From an uncultured Bacilli bacterium (GTDB lineage: Bacteria > Bacillota_I > Bacilli_A > RF39 > UBA660), in assembly GCA_944358165.1 (NCBI GenBank), contig CALVQS010000002.1, forward strand, positions 1 through 42,843: a stretch of 42,843 nucleotides of DNA, given 5' to 3'. The translations under genes were made by a program, and so were the position numbers. Numbering within the stretch: position 1 is the first letter of the stretch; every line of letters starts with the position of its first letter. Shown here piece after piece: positions 18,476 to 26,493 of this stretch. The notes below the pieces were generated by a model that saw nothing but the letters and a program-made list of their open reading frames with translations, searched no databases and had not been told where the DNA came from.

Positions 18476-19351
18476 ATGAAAAAAGCACTATATATAATCA
18501 TTACTTTTATCGCCAGTACATCATTTTTAAATATAGCAAATGCAGCTGTATGTACATATCAAAACCAAAGTGACAGATATGGAACTGTGCAATATGTTTG
18601 TAATGTTACAAGTAATGATGTGGATTGTGATTTTAGATACGGAGGAGCTATTAATTCTAGTTCTATTAAAGATACAGGATTGGATTTAAATATTGAATAT
18701 AATGATTTTTTGAATAGTGATAATGTTATTGATTGTAGTGAAGTTCCAAATTTATTTTTAGATCAATATACTAACAAAAGTAATGCCATTGTCGTTTTAG
18801 GAGTTTCAAAAGAGAGAGTTTGTGAAGAACACCAATCAGCTTACGAAAATGGTTTAGTAATGGATGGAACTTATTCGGAAGATTGCACCATTTATACACT
18901 TGTTAATAATACTCCAGATGATGATGGTGATAGTGGGTCTTTAGAAGGCGTTGGAGGAGAAATTGACGAAGGAGTAGAAACACTAGATAATTTTTGTAGT
19001 GGGACTGTTTTAGGAGCGTTTACTACAATAGGCTGGATTATTTTCTTTTTAAAAATTGTTATTCCAATCATAATTATTGTGTTTGGTGTAATAGATTTAG
19101 GAAAAGCAATTATTGCCAGTAAAGATGATGAAATAAAAAAATCAATAAAATCGTTAGTTTTTCGTGCTATTGCTGGTATAATCATCTTTTTCATACCAAC
19201 AATCTTAAATTTTGTTATCCAATTAGTAGATAATAATAGTGAAACTTCGCTTAATGCGAATGGAGATTTTAAAAATGATGGTAGTTTTCTAGATTGTACT
19301 TATTGTTTATTAAATCCAAATGAAGATGAATGTAGAAAATTAGTAGAATAA
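18476..19351 (+). CDS. secreted Cys-rich protein with a C-terminal two-helix pilin-like membrane hairpin (paralogous in architecture to 17228..18403)
   Basis: 291 aa; signal peptide ending ANA|AVC; many Cys; C-terminal TM - loop (GKAIIASKDDEIKKSIKSLVFR) - TM, then a Cys-containing tail; GGAGGG RBS. Confidence 0.6.
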   Translation: MKKALYIIITFIASTSFLNIANAAVCTYQNQSDRYGTVQYVCNVTSNDVDCDFRYGGAINSSSIKDTGLDLNIEYNDFLNSDNVIDCSEVPNLFLDQYTNKSNAIVVLGVSKERVCEEHQSAYENGLVMDGTYSEDCTIYTLVNNTPDDDGDSGSLEGVGGEIDEGVETLDNFCSGTVLGAFTTIGWIIFFLKIVIPIIIIVFGVIDLGKAIIASKDDEIKKSIKSLVFRAIAGIIIFFIPTILNFVIQLVDNNSETSLNANGDFKNDGSFLDCTYCLLNPNEDECRKLVE

Positions 19352-19379
19352 TTAAATACTTTTGTAGGAGGTAAAACAA

Positions 19380-21530
19380 ATGGATATATTTGAAATAATT
19401 CAAGAAGCATTATTATGGATTTGCCTTATGATTGATAGTGCTGTTTATTCTTTTATTGGATATGTATATCAAATTATTTTAGTGTTAGCACGTATTAATG
19501 TCTTTGATGATACATCAGTAATAGATGGCCTAGTTAATCGAGTATATATAATTATTGGTGTAGTAATGCTATTTGTTCTTGCATATTCACTACTAAAAGG
19601 ATTGATTAATCCAGATGAAGCATTAAAAGGTAAAAATTCACCACCAAAAATTATCTTCAATATTATTATTTCGATTGTATTAATTGCTTTTGTACCAACA
19701 ATATTTAATATTGCTACTGGTTTTCAAAATGCAATATTAGAACAAGGAACCCTAACAGGAATTATAATTGGTTCAGATGGTTCATCAGATAGCGCTCAAT
19801 CAATTGAAGATGGTGGCTTTAATATTGCAGCAGGAGTATTTCAAGCTTTTTTCCATCCGAAAGTTGAAACGGAAGAAGGGGTAAGATATTGTCAATATTT
19901 TGTAAATAGTAATCCTGGAAATGATGATATAACAACAACAGAGGTGAATGATACAGATTGTACGGAATTTACATTTTCTAATGGCCTTACTTATTCAGAA
20001 TTTTGGCAAGCAATGAAAAGTGCAAATTCATTTGAATTACTCCCTAGCATAAATACAGATATTATTGGTAATATCGATTATACATGGATAATCTCAACGA
20101 TAGCAGGAGCATTTGTAGTATTTGTATTAATAAGTTACTGTATTGAAATAGCAATACGAGCTTTAAAGTTAGCTGCTTTTCAATTAATTGCACCAATTCC
20201 TATACTTGCTAGAATTATTCCAGGAGAACAAGGTAACAAAGTTTTTAGCAATTGGATTAAAGCTTGCTTATCAACTTATTTGGAAGTATTTATTAGATTA
20301 GGAATTTTATTTTTCATAATCGTTATGATATCTGCTTTGCAAAGAAATATAGGAGGAATATTTGCTACTTTTGAAACAGAATCTGGAAGTTTAGGAATAG
20401 CATTTTTAGCATGGGCCTTCCTAATAATTGGTTTAATATTTTTTGTAAAAGACTTCCCAAATATCCTAAAAGAAGTAACTGGTTTAGATAGTGGAAAATA
20501 TGGAAAAGCTGTTGTAAGAGGTTTAGGAATGATGGGGGCTACATTTGGTGGTGGAGCAACCTCTGCTATCCGAAGAACTGTAGCTGATAAAAAGGAGCAC
20601 CCGGAAATGGGTAAAGGCCAAAGAGTTGCCAGAACTTTAAGTGCTTTAGGTGGAGGTATGAAAAGAGGCTTATGGCAAGGAGGAAAAGTAGAAAAAATTA
20701 ATGATATTCCTAAATATGCTGGAAAAGCAGCTACTGCAACTCTAGGACATCGAGCAGATATGGATGCTGCTATAGCATCAGCAGGTGGAAATAAACTTAA
20801 AGGAACAATAGAATATTATGAACAAAAAAGAAAAAATGTTGCTACTAATGTAGGTGCATGGGCTAGTGGAAGTTTTGAAGCTCAACAACAAATGTTAAAT
20901 GAAATAAATGAATTTTTAAAAGATGCGAAGTCTGTTAAGTCGGAATCAGAAGGAATAGTTAGAGATAAAAAATACTTATTTACAATGGGCCAAAGAACAT
21001 ATCGCTATGGAGTAAATAACAATAAAACTCTTAACGTTAATTCATCCACTTCATTAAGTGAAATTGAAGCAATAATTGAAACGTTAAAATCTTCTGGAAA
21101 TATTGAAGATGCACAATTTGCAGATAAATTAAATAATGACTTACAATTAAGAATCAAAGATATTGGTAAAGAATTATCAAAATCTTCAGTTGAAATATCA
21201 TCAACCAATGATGATAGCACTCGCCAAAATATAAGCAATAATTTTTCTGCACAATTTATGACACCAACTTCAAAAGGATTAATTGGAGAAATTTCACCAT
21301 CAATAGCAAAAATAAATTCTGCTTATGAAATAGTTAATAGAAAAGCAAAAGAAAACTCTTCATTAGATGCAGTAATAAATTTCAAAAAAGAAAAAGGAGA
21401 TTTATCTCCAGACAATGTTTCAGCATTAGCTGATCAATTAGAAATTTCTTCAGCAGAAATTCAACAAAACATTAAATTAGAACAAGAACGTAGAAAAGCA
21501 GCAAACCCAAAAGGCGGAAAGGATAAATAA
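19380..21530 (+). CDS. polytopic membrane protein, TrbL/VirB6-like, with a long hydrophilic C-terminal extension
   Basis: 716 aa; several hydrophobic helices in the first roughly 380 aa, including AFQLIAPIPILARIIPG; the C-terminal roughly 330 aa is hydrophilic and Gly/Lys/Ala-rich; position in a VirB4-containing cluster. Confidence 0.55.
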   Translation: MDIFEIIQEALLWICLMIDSAVYSFIGYVYQIILVLARINVFDDTSVIDGLVNRVYIIIGVVMLFVLAYSLLKGLINPDEALKGKNSPPKIIFNIIISIVLIAFVPTIFNIATGFQNAILEQGTLTGIIIGSDGSSDSAQSIEDGGFNIAAGVFQAFFHPKVETEEGVRYCQYFVNSNPGNDDITTTEVNDTDCTEFTFSNGLTYSEFWQAMKSANSFELLPSINTDIIGNIDYTWIISTIAGAFVVFVLISYCIEIAIRALKLAAFQLIAPIPILARIIPGEQGNKVFSNWIKACLSTYLEVFIRLGILFFIIVMISALQRNIGGIFATFETESGSLGIAFLAWAFLIIGLIFFVKDFPNILKEVTGLDSGKYGKAVVRGLGMMGATFGGGATSAIRRTVADKKEHPEMGKGQRVARTLSALGGGMKRGLWQGGKVEKINDIPKYAGKAATATLGHRADMDAAIASAGGNKLKGTIEYYEQKRKNVATNVGAWASGSFEAQQQMLNEINEFLKDAKSVKSESEGIVRDKKYLFTMGQRTYRYGVNNNKTLNVNSSTSLSEIEAIIETLKSSGNIEDAQFADKLNNDLQLRIKDIGKELSKSSVEISSTNDDSTRQNISNNFSAQFMTPTSKGLIGEISPSIAKINSAYEIVNRKAKENSSLDAVINFKKEKGDLSPDNVSALADQLEISSAEIQQNIKLEQERRKAANPKGGKDK

Positions 21531-22096
21531 TGTTTAGATTAGAAAAATTGAAAAACTGGGCTCATAGCAGTGTAGCAGATGATAAGAAAGAATTAAATGT
21601 ATATCAAAGTTTTCAAGACCAATTTTTAGCTATAAATAGCAAAATAGATGATTATTTAAACGAGAAAAGCTATGAAGATGAAAGAATACAAGTTGATTAT
21701 AATGGAAAAAAAATACCTATAAATTTATTAAAAACATTAAGTCAATCAATTTTAAGCAATAAAGATTTAACAACAATTCAAAAAGCACAAAAAAGCGCTG
21801 AACTAACTAAATTATATTATGAAAAACTAAAACAACTAAGAGAAAAAATAATCACTTTAGCAGTTACAGAAAAAGATAATGTATATCTAGTATATATAAA
21901 TAGTTGTATTCAAATAATAAATTCTTTACTAAACGAATATTCATATTTATTAGCAATTCAAAGATCTTCTATCTATCAAATTGATAATCAAGGTGAGCTA
22001 AATGCTGGTGAAAAATTAAAAGTATTAAAAGATAATATTGAAATCAGAACAGCTGAAATAAATAGTCGCTTAGCGTTGGATAGATTAAAAAGATAA
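21530..22096 (+). CDS. hypothetical helical (coiled-coil-like) cytoplasmic protein, translationally coupled to the VirB6-like gene
   Basis: 188 aa with no hydrophobic helix; TAATG stop/start overlap with the upstream ORF. Confidence 0.6.
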   Translation: MFRLEKLKNWAHSSVADDKKELNVYQSFQDQFLAINSKIDDYLNEKSYEDERIQVDYNGKKIPINLLKTLSQSILSNKDLTTIQKAQKSAELTKLYYEKLKQLREKIITLAVTEKDNVYLVYINSCIQIINSLLNEYSYLLAIQRSSIYQIDNQGELNAGEKLKVLKDNIEIRTAEINSRLALDRLKR

Positions 22097-22237
22097 CAAA
22101 TTTATAATCTTATCAAATTACAGAAATTCAACAAATAAAGAATCAATGATGGTTCTTTTTTGTTTTTTATTGAAATATACTACCCCTTTAAAAATAAATA
22201 TGATATAATAATTAAGTAAAATTAGGAGGTAAGTAGT

Positions 22238-22546
22238 GTGAAGAATTATTTAATTCCTGCTAACTCTAAAAAATCGCAATTAATATTAGGATTTTTTAGA
22301 GGGATAGACTTAATATTATTTGGATTTGGAGTTGGAATAACATTAATATTACTATTAGCAATACAAAGTGCAAACATGGGAGTTATGATATTAATACTTG
22401 CTCCAGCATTAATTACAGGTTTTTTAGTGATGCCTGTGCCAAATTATCATAATGTATTACAATTTATAGTAAATATATATACCTATTTAAGTGAAAGAAG
22501 AAGATATTATTGGAAAGGATGGTGCTATGATGTCGAAGAAGAGTAA
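22238..22546 (+). CDS. small two-TM protein, PrgI/VirB3-like
   Basis: 102 aa; GTG start behind AGGAGG; two hydrophobic helices, then a basic tail (SERRRYYWKGW); lies directly upstream of the VirB4 gene, as in Gram-positive T4SS loci. Confidence 0.55.
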   Translation: MKNYLIPANSKKSQLILGFFRGIDLILFGFGVGITLILLLAIQSANMGVMILILAPALITGFLVMPVPNYHNVLQFIVNIYTYLSERRRYYWKGWCYDVEEE

Positions 22547-23081
22547 TTCTCCATTTACAGAAGATTGGTTACCAATGAAACAAATTTTAAATGGAATGAT
22601 ACAATTAGATACCGGCGAATATGTAACAGGAGTAAAAGTACATCCTAGAAATATTTTTATTGTCGATCAAGGACTTCAAAATGCCATTATTGGCAATTTA
22701 AGAAATTTTTATAATTCAATTAGTTTTGAATTTTGGCTAATTATTGCAGATCGTCCTGTAGATATAGGTTTATATTTATCTAATTTACAAATTCTTTACA
22801 ACAATACTGATAGTCCAATTCAAAGAAAATTAATTATGGAAGATATCAAAAAAGCAAATATGTTTATGAGTGCAGAATATAATGTTGTGGATACAGAGTA
22901 TTTTATTTTATTTAAAGAAAAAAGAATGGAATTAGTTCAAAAGAATTTACACACATTAATTAGTGGCCTTGCCAATTCTGGCCTTAATTCCAATCAAGTA
23001 TCAAATGACGATTTAAGAATGATTTTAGACAATTTCTTAAATGGTGGTGTTCATACAACATTTGGGACGGTGATGAGCTAA
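22527..23081 (+). CDS. VirB4-family ATPase, N-terminal domain encoded as a separate ORF
   Basis: About 184 aa from ATG 22527 (AAGGA RBS; overlaps the end of the previous ORF); WLPMKQILNGMIQLDTGEYVTGVKVHPRNIF resembles the N-terminus of Tn916 Orf16/PrgJ-type VirB4 proteins (from memory). Confidence 0.6.
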   Translation: MMSKKSNSPFTEDWLPMKQILNGMIQLDTGEYVTGVKVHPRNIFIVDQGLQNAIIGNLRNFYNSISFEFWLIIADRPVDIGLYLSNLQILYNNTDSPIQRKLIMEDIKKANMFMSAEYNVVDTEYFILFKEKRMELVQKNLHTLISGLANSGLNSNQVSNDDLRMILDNFLNGGVHTTFGTVMS

Positions 23082-24868
23082 TGGCAAAGATAAAAAGTGA
23101 AATAGCTCCAAAAGGAATGGAGTTTAAACCAACGGAGTTTACTTTAGGTGGTAAATATTGTACCATCATGACAATTATTTCTTATCCAAAAAGTATTTAT
23201 GTTGGTTATTTATCAGATATTACGAGTATCAGTGGAGTAAAAGTAGCAATCAAACACATTCCAATTGAATTTAGTACACTTCAAAAAATGTTAAACAAAG
23301 AAATTGCTGACTTAAAAATGCGTTATCAAAATGAAAGAGATAAAACCATTCAAGAAAGAATTCGCCAAGACTATGAATCATTAGAGCAATTTATTTCAAT
23401 GCTTGCCGCAACTCAAGCAAGAATCTTTGATTTTCAAATGCATATCATGATTAGTGCGGATAGTAAAGAAGAATTAGATTTAAAGAAAATGCAAGTAAGA
23501 ACTTATCTAGATGCTTTAGGTATGAGAGGAATTTCCTTGATGTTTGAACAAGAAAAAGTTTTAAAATCAATAATTCCTATTTTTCCAAAGCAAGATATTG
23601 AAAATAGAATTGGAACCCCAATACCATCTGTTACAGTTGCAGCTATGTATCCTTTTGTTTTTGATAGCATCAAAGATCCTGGAGATGCCACACTTTTTGG
23701 TGTAGATTTCTCTGGTGGTGTTGTTTTATTTAATCAATTCTTATATCAAATCAAAAAAGAAAGTAATAGGAACAATGCCAATATGATTTTACTAGGTACC
23801 AGTGGTTCTGGTAAATCAACTGCAGCAAAACTATTACTTAGAACTCATCTTCGAAATGGATGCAAAGTAGTATGCATTGATCCAGAAGGCGAGCTAGAAG
23901 AAATGGCTCATTCCTTAGGTGGAGATTTCCTAGATTTAGGAAAAGGTGGCGACTTTGGAATGATTAATCCATTAGAAGTAGTAGTGGATGCCGATGAAGA
24001 AGAAATAGCCCAAGGTCTAGGATATACAATTTTAACAAGAACATTGCAACAATTAAAAGCCTTCATGAAATATTTATATCCAGATATTGAAGAAGACGTA
24101 CTAACCATGTTTAGTGAAATTGTTCAAGATACTTACAAAAGATATAAAATAGATTTTGATACGGATTTTACGAAAATAACAAGCGCTGATTATCCAACAT
24201 TTGATGATGTTTATGCAACGATTAAAGGAAGACTTTTATCAATGCCAGATGCAACCCGTGAAAAAGATGTAATTGAACGTTTAGAGTTAAAGATCAGACC
24301 ATTAACCAAAGAACTAAGATATTATTTTACTGGTCATACCACTCTTAGATTTAATAGTGATTTTATTGTATTTAATATAAGAGAATTAATGAACAGTGAT
24401 GAAAATATTAAAAACACATTATTCTTTAATATTTTAAAATATGCATGGGGACTTACTCTTGATAAAAATGTAAATACCGTTATGATGGTTGATGAAGCTC
24501 ACGTATTATTATCAAGTAGAAATGAACTTGGTGCAGAGTTCCTTGCCCAAATTCAAAGACGTTCTAGAAAATACAATACAGGTACTATTATTATTACTCA
24601 ACAACCAACCGATTTTGCTGCTCCAAACATGATTGTTCATGGAAAAGCAATCTTTGATAATGCATCTTACTATTTAGTAATGGGACTTCGTAAACAAGCA
24701 GTAGAAGATTTAGCAAAATTAATTGACTTAAATGAATCAGAAAAAGACAGTATTAAATATTATAATCAAGGAGAAGCTTTATTCATATGTGGTAACAGAA
24801 GAATGAGAATTAGTATTATAGTTACTCAAGAAGAATTAGACTCCTTTGGTTCTGGAGGAGGATTATAA
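23081..24868 (+). CDS. VirB4-family conjugation/T4SS ATPase, C-terminal ATPase part
   Basis: 595 aa; Walker A LLGTSGSGKST; DPEGE motif; Walker B VMMVDEAHVLL; RSRKYNTGTIIITQQPTDF; TAATG overlap with the preceding ORF. Confidence 0.85.
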   Translation: MAKIKSEIAPKGMEFKPTEFTLGGKYCTIMTIISYPKSIYVGYLSDITSISGVKVAIKHIPIEFSTLQKMLNKEIADLKMRYQNERDKTIQERIRQDYESLEQFISMLAATQARIFDFQMHIMISADSKEELDLKKMQVRTYLDALGMRGISLMFEQEKVLKSIIPIFPKQDIENRIGTPIPSVTVAAMYPFVFDSIKDPGDATLFGVDFSGGVVLFNQFLYQIKKESNRNNANMILLGTSGSGKSTAAKLLLRTHLRNGCKVVCIDPEGELEEMAHSLGGDFLDLGKGGDFGMINPLEVVVDADEEEIAQGLGYTILTRTLQQLKAFMKYLYPDIEEDVLTMFSEIVQDTYKRYKIDFDTDFTKITSADYPTFDDVYATIKGRLLSMPDATREKDVIERLELKIRPLTKELRYYFTGHTTLRFNSDFIVFNIRELMNSDENIKNTLFFNILKYAWGLTLDKNVNTVMMVDEAHVLLSSRNELGAEFLAQIQRRSRKYNTGTIIITQQPTDFAAPNMIVHGKAIFDNASYYLVMGLRKQAVEDLAKLIDLNESEKDSIKYYNQGEALFICGNRRMRISIIVTQEELDSFGSGGGL

Positions 24869-24879
24869 TCCTCTTTTTT
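24858..24879 (+). terminator. intrinsic terminator after the VirB4 gene
   Basis: Palindrome gaggattataatcctc enclosing the stop codon, followed by 6 T. Confidence 0.75.
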
Positions 24880-25165
24880 GGACGAAATAATGTGTTTAGA
24901 ATTGTTCTTTATGTATTCTAAACGTTGAAAAAACAGAAAAAATAATTAAAGAAGATGGAACCATTATATTTAGTTGAAAATATAGAAAATGAAAATAAAC
25001 TAATAAAAATAATATAGATATTGAAAAAAATTATTAATATTGGATCTGCTAGTTAAAATCTAGTAGATTTTTTTGTAAAAAATATGTAAAATTGCTTTAT
25101 AAAAAAGAAATATAGTATATGAGGGTAATAAATAATAGTAGAGGGGTGTAACTTTATAATTTTAT

Positions 25166-25960
25166 TTGATAAGAGCTTATTCTAATCCAGAAAATCCAGC
25201 AAATGTAATTATACATTGGATGAGTAATAAAGGAACTTTTGATTATATAGGATTATGGGAACAATTAAATAATGAAAATTTTAATTTCACGGAATTCAGT
25301 GAAATTAAAAATAACGAAGTTGGATATCCCTCATTTACTTTAAGCCCAAAGAGATGGATTGGAAGAACTAATGCTATTGGAATATATTCAAAAGGAGGAA
25401 AATATAGCATTGGAACATTTGCTCATCCTGATATAGCATTTGAATTTGCTAGTTGGTTAAGCCCAGAATTTAAGTTATATTTAATCAAAGAATTCGAAAG
25501 ATTAAAGAAAAATGAAGCATATCAAGAAAAGTTAGAATGGCATGCTAATCGTCTTTTGTCTAAGACAAACTATATAATTCATACTGAAGCAGTTAAAAAT
25601 TATATTGTTCCAATACTAACTGAAAAGCAAAAGAAATTTGTATATGCCGAAGAAGCTGATGTATTAAATGTTGCTTTATTTGGTATGACTGCTAAAGAAT
25701 GGAGAGAAAATAATCCTGAACTTGCTGAAAATGATAATATAAGAGATTATACTGATTTACTTCATCTAGTAATATTAAATAATTTAGAAAATTCTAATGC
25801 TGAATTTATAAAATTAGGCATCAGCCAAAGTGAAAGATTAGTAAAATTAAACGATTATGCTAGAAATCAAATGGAAGTATTAAAAAATAATCATGGAATA
25901 AAAGAATTTGAAATATTACACAAACAAATAAATGAAAATGATAAATATTTAATTCGATAA
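25166..25960 (+). pseudogene. KilA-N domain protein gene, 5'-truncated
   Basis: GTFAHPDIAFEFASWLSPEFKLYLIKEFERLK and the rest match the KilA-N family well, but the usual roughly 25-35 N-terminal residues are missing. The frame opens only at a TTG with no RBS, and an in-frame TAA lies just upstream. Confidence 0.65.
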
Positions 25961-26179
25961 AAACTATTATTTACAACTCATAATTAATTAAATTCTATAG
26001 ATAATAACTTTACCTAAGCAATTATTTTTAACTGTTATTAATTTTATCTGTTTATAAAAAGCTTTTTATTTACCAACGTTTGTCTTGATAATTAGTGCTA
26101 ATTTTATAAACGAATTTTGCAACATTTTTCTTAAAATAAAGACTTTTCGTTATAAATTTGGTAAAATAAAATTGGTTAA

Positions 26180-26311
26180 TCTAAAATAAGTGACATGTCT
26201 CCGTATAACTTCAACAACGGTTGGGCTAACGTGTTCGTTGTGAATTCGAATGGCAACCTCGACTGGAACAACGTGAATAACACGAATGGTGTGCGCCCAA
26301 TATCCTTTTAA
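26180..26311 (+). other. orphan, locally GC-richer, AAC/AAT-rich 3' gene fragment resembling a DGR variable/template repeat (DUF1566/Lcl-like C-terminus)
   Basis: Translates as ..MSPYNFNNGWANVFVVNSNGNLDWNNVNNTNGVRPISF*; 13 Asn codons in about 100 nt; a stop codon lies just upstream, so no full gene is attached. Confidence 0.3.
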
Positions 26312-26430
26312 ACTTAATATTTGGTCAAGGCTAAATAAAAAAGCATTAGGATACAAGATTAGCCATAGGTTCAGCCTAAATATTTAATATTGATATTTTA
26401 AATCTAGTATTTAAAATTGCAACAATATTG

Positions 26431-26456
26431 GACAGAGCTTTCTCTGTCTTTTTTTT
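26431..26456 (+). terminator. intrinsic terminator (plus strand) with no intact gene upstream
   Basis: gacagag / ctctgtc stem, 4-nt loop, 8 T. Confidence 0.75.
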
Positions 26457-26462
26457 ACAAGT

Positions 26463-26489
26463 AAAAAGTCAAGAGATAACCCTTGACTT
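26463..26489 (-). terminator. intrinsic terminator for the collagen-like gene (minus strand)
   Basis: On the minus strand AAGTCAAG / CTTGACTT stem followed by TTT; lies just after a double stop TAATAA. Confidence 0.65.
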
Positions 26490-26493
26490 CTTA

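Noticed and set aside
26150-26356. 68-aa minus-strand ORF
   Set aside because: It is antisense to the GC-richer Asn-codon patch, starts at a non-ATG codon without an RBS, and has no recognisable features. The plus-strand reading gives a recognisable protein-tail motif.
17228-26460. Calling the region a complete integrative conjugative element or prophage
   Set aside because: I could find no integrase/recombinase, relaxase, coupling ATPase, tRNA target or flanking direct repeats in the window. Only a transfer-apparatus core and decayed fragments are visible.
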